Positions 29,365 through 39,206 are shown, counted from the first letter of the stretch. The stretch is 64,000 nucleotides of DNA from Candidatus Culexmicrobium cathedralense (GCA_025061115.1 JANZKC010000001.1:512001-576000), one strand, 5' to 3'. Notes: generated by a model from the sequence alone, not told the origin. Numbers and translations: made by a program.

Positions 29365-31407
29365 CGACTCCAAGCGCTCCCTCCGATACTCTTCGAAAAG
29401 GGACTTGATTCTAGATGTCTCTCTATCCTCAGCCATGCGCATCAACCTAGCCTTAATTTCACTAGCCAACTTATCCAGCAAAATCCTGTCAGCCAACGGG
29501 TGCTCATCAATCCAAGTCAATTCAACTTCATCAGCGGAAATGAAAGGAATGACATTTTCCTCTAAAAGGTTTAGGACGTGAGCAGGCGGCCGCCTACTTC
29601 CAACAATGCACTTGACGCCAATCTTGGATAGCTCCTTTACAGCTTCAGGGTCGGCTAAGCTCAAATCATGAACGTATATGGCATCGCCCTTACGCACGTT
29701 AAGGCACTTCAAGCTCTTCAAAGCATCGTCCTTGGATAAGTTCCTGAAGGGCTTAAGGGGAATAAGCTCCCCCCTCAGCAACTTATTGAAAGCACCCCTC
29801 CACTCACTTAACTTTCTCTCCAATTCATCACGCTTCCTGCCAACTTCATTAAGCATGGAAGTAAGCTGGCTTATCCTCGACTCCAAAGCAGCAACTTCTC
29901 TCTCCTTCTTAATCTTCATCGTCATCTCAACTTGAAGCAACTCAATTGTCCGCTCCAACTCCCTAACCTTCTTCTCAAGCTCCTCTATCCTAGACGCCAA
30001 TTGCTCCCTCTGAGCAAGAAGAGCTTTAACTCTCCTCCTTTCAGCCTTCAACTTCTCCTTCAATTCTCGAACTTCATCCCTCTCAACGGGTTGCTTAACC
30101 TCAACCTTAGGTGGCGGCGGCTCCTCCACCTTAGGCGTAAGCTTCTCAATTGCATCCCTAATGCTATAACCCTTAATGATCAAAGCCCTAAGCTCCTTCG
30201 AGGAAACAGCAGCGCCAGCCTCACGGGCATGAGCTTCAGCCTGCTCAAACTTATTCCGAAAGTTCATGAAGGCCTTCAATGCAGCAGCCAACGCATCCCT
30301 CTTATGGGAGTCAAGCGACCCCCTAACATCCAGCTTAAACTCGTCAAAGTAGCGCTTTATGATCTCCTGCTTCTCAGACACAGTCAAACTTTGAGGAGGA
30401 TAGAAAGTTGGAGCGCGCAGCATCGACGCCAACTTCTCAACAAAGGAAGGAGGAGGATTCACATCCGTAGCTATAAGTATTGGGTGCCCATGCTCCATTA
30501 ACGCGCTTATCAGCTGACTCCTACTCAAATGCCGCTTACTCATGAGCAAAACTAGGCGGCCAAACAAGTTAATAGCAGCAACTCCAGTAACAACTCCCGG
30601 GTCAACCCCTACGATCAAGTAATCCCTAGCCGAGGAACCCAATGGCTCCTCGCCGCTAATTGGCGCGAAGGTCAACTTGCGGGACGGCTCCCGCTTAACT
30701 AAAACTCTCACGTCGCTGCTCTTCATGGACTTAACTACACCCTTAAGCTCATCCCTAGGCGCATAAACGATGAATAAGCAGCTGTCAAAGCCGTGCTTAC
30801 CCTTTCTAACAAACAAGTCATAGTCAAATCCATGCGAGTCCAAGGACTCCTTAATCTCCCTAGCAACCCTCAAAACAGAAGTCCTAATTTTACGCTCAAA
30901 TCGATCCTCACTCATCCCACCCTCCCCTGGAACTCTCCGCCTACACACAACAATTCTCGTCTCACCTTTAACCAGGCAAGCAACATAGCCAACGCCTCGA
31001 AGCGCAAGCCTAGCAGACAACTCAGCAGCTTTAACTGGAGAAAGCTTGCCTCCGGCGAACAAGCCATGAGCGCGTGCAAGGTATTTGAGAGGCTTAAATC
31101 CATATAGAGGGGAGCCAGTTACTTGAACAAGCTTAACTTCAGCAGGTAATAAAGAGAGGAACTTCACCAACTTACTAGGAGATGAAGCAAGCTCAAAGAC
31201 ATTATCAACTGCAAGAATTTTAGGCTTAAACTTCCACACAAGCTTAACTAGCCTCCGCCTACTAACATCTTCATGCCTCTCAACTACCTCACCATCACCT
31301 CTAATAACCACCACAGCGTACCTAGGCTGCCTTAAACCTGAAGGCGAACACATTGCCATTAAGTCTATACCCATAACTAAATCTTGATCACTAGCCAACA
31401 GAGACAC
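29332..31407 (-). CDS. DUF460 domain protein (RNase H-like fold plus coiled coil)
   Basis: [37 protein letters not shown] and H.RDALAAA, then a long coiled coil. Confidence 0.85.
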   Translation of the reverse strand: MSLLASDQDLVMGIDLMAMCSPSGLRQPRYAVVVIRGDGEVVERHEDVSRRRLVKLVWKFKPKILAVDNVFELASSPSKLVKFLSLLPAEVKLVQVTGSPLYGFKPLKYLARAHGLFAGGKLSPVKAAELSARLALRGVGYVACLVKGETRIVVCRRRVPGEGGMSEDRFERKIRTSVLRVAREIKESLDSHGFDYDLFVRKGKHGFDSCLFIVYAPRDELKGVVKSMKSSDVRVLVKREPSRKLTFAPISGEEPLGSSARDYLIVGVDPGVVTGVAAINLFGRLVLLMSKRHLSRSQLISALMEHGHPILIATDVNPPPSFVEKLASMLRAPTFYPPQSLTVSEKQEIIKRYFDEFKLDVRGSLDSHKRDALAAALKAFMNFRNKFEQAEAHAREAGAAVSSKELRALIIKGYSIRDAIEKLTPKVEEPPPPKVEVKQPVERDEVRELKEKLKAERRRVKALLAQREQLASRIEELEKKVRELERTIELLQVEMTMKIKKEREVAALESRISQLTSMLNEVGRKRDELERKLSEWRGAFNKLLRGELIPLKPFRNLSKDDALKSLKCLNVRKGDAIYVHDLSLADPEAVKELSKIGVKCIVGSRRPPAHVLNLLEENVIPFISADEVELTWIDEHPLADRILLDKLASEIKARLMRMAEDRETSRIKSLFEEYRRERLESLKDLDFALEY

Positions 31408-31445
31408 CGCTAAAAATAATTGCAGCGGATTTACTTAAAGTTGGC

Positions 31446-32318
31446 TCAACCAGTTACAGCCGACAAAGCTTCCCTGAAGTCAACTTCAATTCGAAATCTC
31501 CGCTTAAAAAACCTAACAATGTTCTTTACGTCCCGCTCCAAAAGCATGTACGCGCTTGGGTGAGAAGCATAGACGAATTGAGGCCAATCAATTATGAGAG
31601 GCTCAATTTCAGGAGTGACAATCACGTTGTACTCACTTAAATCTCCATGGACAATTCCAGCCTCCCTAAAGCTTCTCCTAATGTCAGCCAAAACCTCCTC
31701 AAGAAAACCTTCAGGATCCGGCAGGACGTCGCAAACGTAGAGGGGGTCGCCGTCTATGAAGCTCATAACCACCACATGCCTATTCCACGCAATTGGCTTG
31801 GGAACTCGAACCCCCCTAGAATAGAGGACTACTAGCGCTTCATACTCCCTCTTAGCAGCCATCTTAGCTTGAATAAGCCATGAAGCCTTATCGCGATCAG
31901 CGATGTAAGTCCTAACCCTTCTAGTCTTTCTAAAACTAACCCTGCCAAGCCTATGAAACTTGACTGCAACCCTCTCCCCAGCAGGAGTAATCGCGTCATA
32001 AACGTCCGCTTCCTTGCCAACCCCTAAAGGCTTACCAATGGCCTCCAAAAAACCCGAATTCACAAGGTACCTTAAGGCTAAGCAGTCATAACCCCAAGTG
32101 GTTAACGAATAACCCTCATAAGCTCCAACACCCCTCCTCACAAGCCCCAGCTTGAAAAGCCTCCCCAAAATCCTAGAAGTCAACGACAAGTCAAGCTTAA
32201 TCTTCCTCGAAATGTAATCTATCGGCACAAACTCGAAGTGAGGCATCCCCAACTCAACTGCCCTCAAAACCTTAAAGTCAGCGCGCCTAAGCATTTTAAA
32301 CGCTTGAACGGGCAGCAT
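31446..32318 (-). CDS. rio2: RIO2 serine/threonine kinase
   Basis: N-terminal wHTH (DFKVLRAVELGM..FEFVP), GVGKEADVY, KFHRLGRVSF, HGDLSEYN and IDWPQ. Start moved to ATG 32318. Confidence 0.93.
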   Translation of the reverse strand: MLPVQAFKMLRRADFKVLRAVELGMPHFEFVPIDYISRKIKLDLSLTSRILGRLFKLGLVRRGVGAYEGYSLTTWGYDCLALRYLVNSGFLEAIGKPLGVGKEADVYDAITPAGERVAVKFHRLGRVSFRKTRRVRTYIADRDKASWLIQAKMAAKREYEALVVLYSRGVRVPKPIAWNRHVVVMSFIDGDPLYVCDVLPDPEGFLEEVLADIRRSFREAGIVHGDLSEYNVIVTPEIEPLIIDWPQFVYASHPSAYMLLERDVKNIVRFFKRRFRIEVDFREALSAVTG

Positions 32319-32567
32319 GGCGACCAAGCAGAAAATAACGCATGAACTAATAAATATTATAGTGCAAAGCAAAAGCAATAAAACCACCAAAGCATAGAGT
32401 GAAAAACATTTAAAACTTTAAATAATATCAAGCAATAAAGCAGCGAAAAATGAAAATAAAACCTAACTGCTAGAAATAGATGAGCAAATAGTTCAAAGCA
32501 TGCAATAACTTTAAATACTTTAATGAGAAGGATTATAAGGAACAAATGTCAGGTGGAGGTGAGGTTA

Positions 32568-32867
32568 GTGTCTTCCGAAATTTACGAAGAAAATGGCGTC
32601 TTGATAGTTAAAGGCAAGGATGTAGTTAACGTAGCTTCAGCACTATCTTCAGAAACTCGATTGAAAATACTAGAGTTCCTAAGAGGAAAGGAGGCCGACA
32701 TAGGGCAAGTTGCAGACTTCATCAAGCAAAGCAAGGCCAATGCAAGCGCCCAAATGCGAATACTCGAAAAGTACCACCTAGTCAAAACCATGTACAAGCC
32801 TGGAATAAGAGGAGTCAAGAAGGTCTGCACGACAGACATTAAAGAAGTGAGATTAATTTTAGAGTAA
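32568..32867 (+). CDS. ArsR-family HTH transcriptional regulator
   Basis: ALSSETRLKIL..L and SKANASAQMRILE...LV. GTG start follows a GGAGGTGAGG SD. Confidence 0.85.
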   Translation: MSSEIYEENGVLIVKGKDVVNVASALSSETRLKILEFLRGKEADIGQVADFIKQSKANASAQMRILEKYHLVKTMYKPGIRGVKKVCTTDIKEVRLILE

Positions 32868-32896
32868 GCAGCAAACTTGAAATGGCTAATTTTAAC

Positions 32897-32916
32897 ATTA
32901 ACTAATTTTAGTTAAT
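32897..32916. repeat. Perfect 9-2-9 inverted repeat between convergent genes
   Basis: ATTAACTAA-TT-TTAGTTAAT. Confidence 0.5.
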
Positions 32917-33048
32917 TTCAATTAACCGTCAAGCCCCTTATTCTAATATTCTAAGCAAATTGCAACCGCATCATTCAACGCAAACTAGAAGAAGAGCATT
33001 AACTTGGGATTTGTGAAATATAGGCATAGCAATCAAGTTCTCCGATTG

Positions 33049-34693
33049 CTACTTGCGCCTAGCCAAGCTATATTCCAATGCAGCCTTCACAAATCCCAAG
33101 TACGGCGGCGAAGGTCTTCCCGGCCTGGACTTGAACTCTGGATGCGCCTGAGACCCTAGGAAGAAGGGGTGGTCCGGCAATTCTATGAACTCTATCCTCC
33201 TTCCATCAGGGCTCCTCCCGGAAAATACGAGTCCATGGCGCTGAAGGACATCCCAGTAGGCTGGATTAACTTCGTATCTATGCCTATGACGCTCATAAAC
33301 AATGGTCTTGCCATACAGCTTGTGCGCAAGCGTTCCAGGCTCCAAAACTATTGGGTGAGCCCCCAGCCGCATGGTCCCTCCCTTCATATCAATCTTCCTC
33401 TGCTCCGGCAGGAGATCTATAACTGGATTAGGAGTGTTAGGCGCATTCTCAGTGCTATTGGCATCCTTCAATCCAACGACATTTCTAGCAAACTCTATAA
33501 CTGCCATTTGAAAGCCAAAGCAAATACCCAGAAATGGCATTCCATTTTCCCTAGCAAACTTAACAGCTAGAATTTTCCCCTCAGTACCCCTAGGCCCAAA
33601 GCCTGGCGGAACTAGAACGCCATCATATCCGCGGAGCATTTCAAGCTCTTCAGGAGATTCCTCAAAGACCTCAGTTTCTATCCAATCTATTTTAACTCTA
33701 GTTTTAAGAGCAGCTCCAGCATGCTTTAAGGCTTCATTAATGCTGATGTACGCGTCAGCAAGCTTAGCATATTTACCGCACATTGCAATCTTCACTTCGT
33801 GCTCAAAGTTCTCAAAGGATGCCACCACGCTCTTCCACTTGCTCCAATCAGGCGAATTCAACTTCAACCTCAATCTCTTGCAAATGTAATCTCCCATGCC
33901 CTGCTGATCGAGTATCAGCGGAACCTTGTAAACGCAGTCTACAGTGTAGGACGAGAAAACCGCTTCCTGAGAAACGCTCCCGTAAAGAGCAATTTTACGC
34001 TTAGCTGAAGGCTCGAGGGGCACGCTGCACCTTGCAACTATGATGTCCGGCTGAATACCTATCCTCCTAAGCTCATTAACGCTGTGCTGGCAGGGCTTAG
34101 TCTTCTGCTCTCCAGTTACATCTAATATCGGAACTAATGCGACGTGAACGAACAGCGTGTTCTCGTAACCCTCCTCAAGCCTCATCTGCCTAATAGCCTC
34201 CAGAAAAGGCAAGCCCTCAATGTCACCTACAGTGCCTCCAACCTCAACCAGAACGATGTCAACATTGCTTCGCTTAGCTGCAAGCCTAATTCTCCTCTTA
34301 ATCTCATCAGTTATGTGAGGAACCACTTGGACGCATGCACCCAAATAGTCGCCTCTACGCTCCCTTTCAATCACGGTCAAGTAGATCTGCCCAGTCGTGA
34401 TGTTATTGTCCTTGGGCAAGTTCACGTCCAGGAATCGCTCGTAATGTCCCAGGTCCAAGTCTATCTCTCCGCCATCTTCGGTTACGAAAACTTCCCCATG
34501 CATGTATGGATTCATGGTTCCAGCATCAACGTTCAAGTACGGATCTATCTTGACGGCGGTTACGCTATAACCTCTAACCTGAAGCATCTTGCCAATTGAC
34601 GCTGCAACGACGCCTCTAGGGGGGAGCTCAAAGCAAGCTCCCTTTCCCCACGCTTGAAAGCACGCCGCCAGTTATGAAGATGTACTTGGTCAA
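33049..34693 (-). CDS. pyrG: CTP synthase, split by a 28-nt intron-like insertion: join(34693..34644, 34615..33049), 538 aa
   Basis: TTG at 34693, after a GGGGTGGTGA SD, gives [17 protein letters not shown]. Removing 34616-34643 continues the frame as [15 protein letters not shown]...[15 protein letters not shown], with [22 protein letters not shown] and HPE downstream. Confidence 0.95.
34616..34643 (-). other. Putative bulge-helix-bulge (BHB) pre-mRNA intron in pyrG
   Basis: The pre-mRNA reads GCGU-GGGG-AA^A-GGGAGCUU-GCUUU-GAGCUCCC-CCCU-AG^A-GGCGUC. This gives a 4-bp central helix GGGG/CCCU, two 3-nt bulges and an 8-bp intron stem. Cutting after nt 2 of each bulge restores GTG GGG AAA GGC GTC. 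Confidence 0.88.
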
Positions 34694-34754
34694 TTCACCA
34701 CCCCTCTACTAAACGAGTTATAATTTGAGATGGGAGCATAAATAAGTCACCGCC

Positions 34755-35570
34755 CTAAGCGAAAGCCTCAGGCGGCAATTCAGCTATTGGAGGAAGCCTC
34801 CGCTTATGCTCAGAAAATTCAATCATGGACTTAACCCTCAACACGTAATTCAACGGCAAATTCAACTCGGCAGACACTTCACTTGGAGGCATCTTCCTAT
34901 CTACAAGAAGGTGGAGTATTGGATCAATTACATCGTACGTGAGTCCAAGCTCCTCCTCAGCCAGGTGCCCCCTCCAAAGTCTAGGGCTGCTGGGCTTCTT
35001 GATTATGCTCTCGGGAATCCCCAAGTATTCGCCCAGCCTTCTAACTTGGGTCTTATATAAGCCTCCAATGGGAAGAATGTCAACTCCACCATCACCATAC
35101 TTGGTGAAGTACCCCAAGAGAAGCTCGCTCCTATCTCCAGTTCCAATCACAAGCCTACCCTCAAGATTAGCATAATAATATAGAAGGCACATCCTTATTC
35201 TAGCCCTCAAATTTCCAACCGGAACTTTAGCATCAAACCTGAAATTAGGAATTGAACTTGAAAAGGCTTCGAGAATGCTTGAAATATCTATTAAAGTATG
35301 CTTAACTCCAAGCCTTTCAGCAACTAGCAGAGCATCATCAACATCCTGCTTAGGAGTCACTTCAGGGTCAGGTAATATCAATGCGAGAACTCGATCAGGG
35401 CCAAGCGCTTCAACGCACAAATATGCAGTGACCGTCGAGTCCAAGCCTCCACTTAGACCTATGACCGCGCCTCTTATTGGAGGCTTAACGTGCTGCCTAA
35501 TAAAACTTGAAACTGCGTCAACCACGACTTCTGCATTAATTTCCAGCATGCGCGCAGCCCGACCAAACAT
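34755..35570 (-). CDS. nadE: NH3-dependent NAD+ synthetase
   Basis: GLSGGLDS, GNLRARIRM, GYFTKYGDGG, LYKTQV and K.SSP.LW. Confidence 0.95.
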   Translation of the reverse strand: MFGRAARMLEINAEVVVDAVSSFIRQHVKPPIRGAVIGLSGGLDSTVTAYLCVEALGPDRVLALILPDPEVTPKQDVDDALLVAERLGVKHTLIDISSILEAFSSSIPNFRFDAKVPVGNLRARIRMCLLYYYANLEGRLVIGTGDRSELLLGYFTKYGDGGVDILPIGGLYKTQVRRLGEYLGIPESIIKKPSSPRLWRGHLAEEELGLTYDVIDPILHLLVDRKMPPSEVSAELNLPLNYVLRVKSMIEFSEHKRRLPPIAELPPEAFA

Positions 35571-35612
35571 CTGCAGTAAACTTAAATTAAATCCTTCGAA
35601 GCCATAGGCAAG

Positions 35613-36350
35613 TTAAGCTAAAAAGCGGGTCAGCTTAAGTTGACCTGACCCGTCCAAGGGAAGATCAAATACAACGATGCGATTAACAGCTGGGAGAGAA
35701 ACGTTAAAAATTGTGGTGCCCTTAAGCTGAGCCTTCCACACCCTCGACTTGTGCGCATGCCCATGAACTACAACCGTAGGAGACCTCAAAGCTATAACCC
35801 TCTCCAACCTCCTACACCCCATTTCAGGCCAAATAGCAGCAGGCTCTCCTACAAGCGTCCTATAAGTAGGGGCGTAGTGAATGAGGAGAATAGTGAAGTC
35901 GCAGCCTACAAGCTCCTTGAGAAGCTGATCTATGACCTCCACCCTCCTAGAGTATATTTCTTCGATGTTACTGATGTTCCTCAACTGCCACCTCGTAGGT
36001 CTATCAAGGCTGCCTCTACTGCCAACCAAACCCACGGAGTAACCTTTAACATTCAGCTTCAACAACTCATCATTAAGCCAATTAACCTCTCCCCCATACT
36101 CCTCCCTGAGCCTCGGAATGCACTCATCATACTCTTCATTGCCAAAGCAAGCAATTATCGGCCCATCATAAACGGAGCGAACGGCGCTTAAAACCCTTCT
36201 AAACTCCCGCACATTACCCCTAAAAATCATGTCTCCCGCAAATAGAAACAAATTCAAATCCCTTGGAACTCTGGAAAGCGCATCGGCAAACTTAGATAGG
36301 TACTTAGGTGAATGGACGTCGGCTGTTGCAGCGATCCTAATGCTGCCCAA
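35613..36350 (-). CDS. Calcineurin-like metallophosphoesterase
   Basis: ADVH, AGD, FGNEE, HYAP and VHGHAH. Confidence 0.88.
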   Translation of the reverse strand: MGSIRIAATADVHSPKYLSKFADALSRVPRDLNLFLFAGDMIFRGNVREFRRVLSAVRSVYDGPIIACFGNEEYDECIPRLREEYGGEVNWLNDELLKLNVKGYSVGLVGSRGSLDRPTRWQLRNISNIEEIYSRRVEVIDQLLKELVGCDFTILLIHYAPTYRTLVGEPAAIWPEMGCRRLERVIALRSPTVVVHGHAHKSRVWKAQLKGTTIFNVSLPAVNRIVVFDLPLDGSGQLKLTRFLA

Positions 36351-36355
36351 TGCAC

Positions 36356-37090
36356 TTAACCTTTCCCAGGTTCACTCTTCAAGTACTTTTCCAGCGGCTC
36401 GCCGATCACAATTCCCTTGCCTGGAACAATGTCGAATGTGTATATCGTCATGTCCACTGGAGACCACCTCATCTTCCTCACAAATATCGTTCTAACGAAC
36501 CTGCCGCCGACTCTCTGAAGGCCCAGAACTATTATTCCAGAAGCCAAGAACTCTTCAACGCCGTACCTGCTAAGGGAAGTTGAGCCCGTTGGAATGTCAC
36601 ACGTAACAACAGTTGTGCAGCCGAGCTGCTCCTCCAAATATGAAACTATTTCCCTAACGTACTCCCTAACCCACAGCAGATCTCCAACGCCCTGAGCTAA
36701 AGCTGAAATTGGATCCAAGACAAGCCTGCTGACGGGGATGTTCCTCGTATACCTTGCAATGACGTTAACAAAGGTCTTAGACTCCTTTCCATGCTTTAAG
36801 TCCTCAGTTCTCAACCTGATTTCAAATGGAATTAGGCGGCCCTCCTTCATGTACTGGTTTAAATCCCACCCCATGCTAGCTACTCCTGTCAGAACGTTGT
36901 GAATTCGGTCGTCGAAAGAAACGTATACGCAGTGCTCGCCATTCTTCAATCCGTGGAGAAGATACTGAATTGACATTATGGTTTTTCCAGCTCCAGTTTC
37001 GCCTGCAATCAAGTAAGTTCTACCCTTTATGAAGCCGCCCCCAATCATCTCGTCAAGCTTAGGAATACCGGTTGAAATTCTATCCAGCAC
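36356..37090 (-). CDS. KaiC-like (RecA superfamily) single-domain ATPase
   Basis: RISTGIPKLDEMIGGG, Walker A GETGAGKT, Walker B LVLDPIS and RTIFVRKMR. Start inferred at GTG 37090. Confidence 0.88.
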   Translation of the reverse strand: MLDRISTGIPKLDEMIGGGFIKGRTYLIAGETGAGKTIMSIQYLLHGLKNGEHCVYVSFDDRIHNVLTGVASMGWDLNQYMKEGRLIPFEIRLRTEDLKHGKESKTFVNVIARYTRNIPVSRLVLDPISALAQGVGDLLWVREYVREIVSYLEEQLGCTTVVTCDIPTGSTSLSRYGVEEFLASGIIVLGLQRVGGRFVRTIFVRKMRWSPVDMTIYTFDIVPGKGIVIGEPLEKYLKSEPGKG

Positions 37091-37166
37091 AGCGACTCCC
37101 CTGCCCAAGCCACTTACAAGCAAATATACTACAATAAAAATTTAACCGTTTACGTTCAATGTTAAT

Positions 37167-37231
37167 TGGCGGATGAAGAACACCAAAAAGTTGAGCAAAG
37201 GCAATGATACGCGACGGGCGAACTGACGCCA
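37167..37231 (+). ncRNA. Box C/D guide sRNA, predicted guide for 16S Cm1402 (E. coli numbering)
   Basis: TGGCG-G-ATGAAGA(C)-ACACCAAAAAG-TTGA(D')-GCAAAGGCA-ATGATAC(C')-GCGACGGGCGAA-CTGA(D)-CGCCA. It has a 5-bp terminal stem and a TATA-like AAAATTTAAC upstream. The D guide is complementary to 16S CGCCCGUCGC. Confidence 0.88.
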
Positions 37232-37299
37232 CAAAAATCAACGTGCACCAGCGACAGAACAGTTTAAAAGTAGAAGCGCAAATTAAGGAAGGGAGCCTC

Positions 37300-37728
37300 A
37301 TGGAAAGAATCGAGGAACTTAAGAAGAGAGGCGAACTTATAGTAGAAGCGCCAATTGAAATTCTCCGAGAAGCAGCTAGGATAACCCTTGGAGTAGGAGT
37401 TAAGGAGTGCAGGGAAGACGATAACATAGTATTCACCTATGAAAGCCCTGTATGCCCGCCCAGAATAATTGCAAAGGAAATTGAGCCGGGAAAATACCAC
37501 ATATTATCATCAAATAAGTGCTCAATCCCAGACTGCCCATACTGGGAGAGATGCGCGAAACTAAGCACCGAAAGACTGAGAATATACGAAATAGCCCTTA
37601 ACAAGCTGCTTGGAAAGGGTAAGATTCTCAAGGCAAGGTACGAGTGGCTGCCAGAGAGAGTTAAAGAGGAGGAGCTAGAAAAGCTCATTGACAGGCTAAT
37701 TAGCAGACCCAAACCAGAAGAAATGTAA
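37300..37728 (+). CDS. Hypothetical Cys-containing protein (142 aa)
   Basis: ATG 37300 follows a GGGAG SD and TATA TTTAAAAG at about 37263. The longer ORF from 37204 overlaps the sRNA. Motifs C...CPP...KCSIPDCPYWERC. Confidence 0.7.
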   Translation: MERIEELKKRGELIVEAPIEILREAARITLGVGVKECREDDNIVFTYESPVCPPRIIAKEIEPGKYHILSSNKCSIPDCPYWERCAKLSTERLRIYEIALNKLLGKGKILKARYEWLPERVKEEELEKLIDRLISRPKPEEM

Positions 37729-37742
37729 GTGGAGGGAGCAGG

Positions 37743-38762
37743 ATGCCCTGCATGGTCATTGTCGGAGGATTCTTCGGAGACGAAGGAAAAGGCAAAATAG
37801 TATCCTACCTAGCACTCAAAGACCAAGTAGACTTGGCAGTTAGAACAGGCTCAGTAAATGCAGGGCACACCGTAAAGTGGAACGGCAAAAAGTACAAGCT
37901 AAGAATAGTTCCAAGCGCATTCGTCCATGAAAAATGCAAATTACTGATAGGCGCAGGAGCAAACATAAACGTCTCAATATTCCTCAAGGAAGTTGAGGAA
38001 ACCAAGTGCAAAGGCAGAATAGGAGTAGACTTCCAATCATCGATAATCGAGGAAAAGCACATAGCTGAAGATAGGGGAAATGAATACCTAGCCAAGAAGA
38101 TAGGCACAACCGGGCAGGGAGTAGGGCCTGCAATAGCAGAAAGAGTTAGGCGAAAAGCCAAGCTAGCCAGGGACGTTCCAGAGCTCAAGCAGTACCTAAC
38201 CGACGTGGCATTAGAAGTCAACAAAGCCCTAGATAGAGGAGAAAAAGTCATTCTAGAAGGAACTCAAGGCACATTCCTATCCCTATACCACGGCACATAC
38301 CCGTACGTAACTGGAAGAGACACCACCGCATCAGCAGTTTGCAGCGAAGTTGGAGTAGGCCCAACCAAAGTGGACGAAGTACTCATAGTATTCAAGGCTT
38401 ACGTTTCAAGAGTAGGGGAAGGACCGCTCCCAGGAGAGCTAAGCCCAGAAGAAGCAGATAGAAGAGGCTGGACTGAAATAGCGACGGTCACAGGCAGGCG
38501 AAGAAGAGTAGCTCCATTCAACTTCGAGCTAGCTAGGAGAGCAGTAATGCTAAATGGAGCAACTCAAATAGCCATAACCAAGCTCGACATACTATTCCCA
38601 AGCTGCGCAAAGGCAAGAAACTTCGACAACCTCAGCGAGGAGGCAAAGAAGTTCATAAGCAAAATAGAAGATGAACTGGGAGTACCAGTAACATTGATAG
38701 GAACTGGAGAGGGAGTATACGACGTAATCGACCTAAGAGGAAGAAAGCTGGAAAAAACATGA
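37743..38762 (+). CDS. purA: Adenylosuccinate synthetase (short archaeal form)
   Basis: [42 protein letters not shown] and TKLD. Confidence 0.96.
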   Translation: MPCMVIVGGFFGDEGKGKIVSYLALKDQVDLAVRTGSVNAGHTVKWNGKKYKLRIVPSAFVHEKCKLLIGAGANINVSIFLKEVEETKCKGRIGVDFQSSIIEEKHIAEDRGNEYLAKKIGTTGQGVGPAIAERVRRKAKLARDVPELKQYLTDVALEVNKALDRGEKVILEGTQGTFLSLYHGTYPYVTGRDTTASAVCSEVGVGPTKVDEVLIVFKAYVSRVGEGPLPGELSPEEADRRGWTEIATVTGRRRRVAPFNFELARRAVMLNGATQIAITKLDILFPSCAKARNFDNLSEEAKKFISKIEDELGVPVTLIGTGEGVYDVIDLRGRKLEKT

Positions 38763-39196
38763 AGCGAGCATATCCAAGCCAGCCAATAGTTGGAGTTGGA
38801 GCAGTAATCATAGACAATGAAAAAAGAATACTGCTAGTTAGAAGAGCAGCTCCGCCGGGAAGAGGCCTCTGGGCCATTCCAGGAGGAATTGTTAAGCTGG
38901 GAGAAAAACTGAAGGAAGCCGTTAAAAGGGAAGTCAAGGAGGAAACAGGCTTAGAAGTTGAGGTCGGAGACCTAGAAGACGTATTTGAAGTAATTATAAG
39001 AGATGAAGCTGGAAAAATAAAGTACCACTACGTAATAGTTGACTATCAGGCGAGGGTTTCAGGAGGAAAATTAAGGGCATCAACAGACGCGCTGGAAGTA
39101 AAGTGGTTCTCAGCCGAAGAAATTAAAAAGGTAAGGACGACGAAGGCCACCGGAAAACTTCTCGAAAAGCTGATTTCAACTGGAAAGATAGGGTGA
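38759..39196 (+). CDS. NUDIX hydrolase (ADP-ribose pyrophosphatase-like)
   Basis: Nudix box PGG.V..GE....[12 protein letters not shown]. Confidence 0.92.
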   Translation: MKRAYPSQPIVGVGAVIIDNEKRILLVRRAAPPGRGLWAIPGGIVKLGEKLKEAVKREVKEETGLEVEVGDLEDVFEVIIRDEAGKIKYHYVIVDYQARVSGGKLRASTDALEVKWFSAEEIKKVRTTKATGKLLEKLISTGKIG

Positions 39197-39206
39197 GAGG
39201 AGCAGG

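Noticed and set aside
33049-34587. pyrG as a truncated ORF or pseudogene starting at ATG 34587
   Set aside because: The intact N-terminal motif with an SD lies upstream, and one clean BHB-shaped 28-nt removal restores the full protein with no other lesion.
34616-34643. The insert as a MITE or IS scar (hairpin plus AGG direct repeat)
   Set aside because: It is very short, no transposase is present, and the pairing of intron CCCU with exon GGGG plus two 3-nt bulges fits splicing geometry better. Not formally excluded.
37204-37299. N-terminal extension of the 174-aa ORF
   Set aside because: It overlaps a C/D sRNA and a TATA box; ATG 37300 has an SD.
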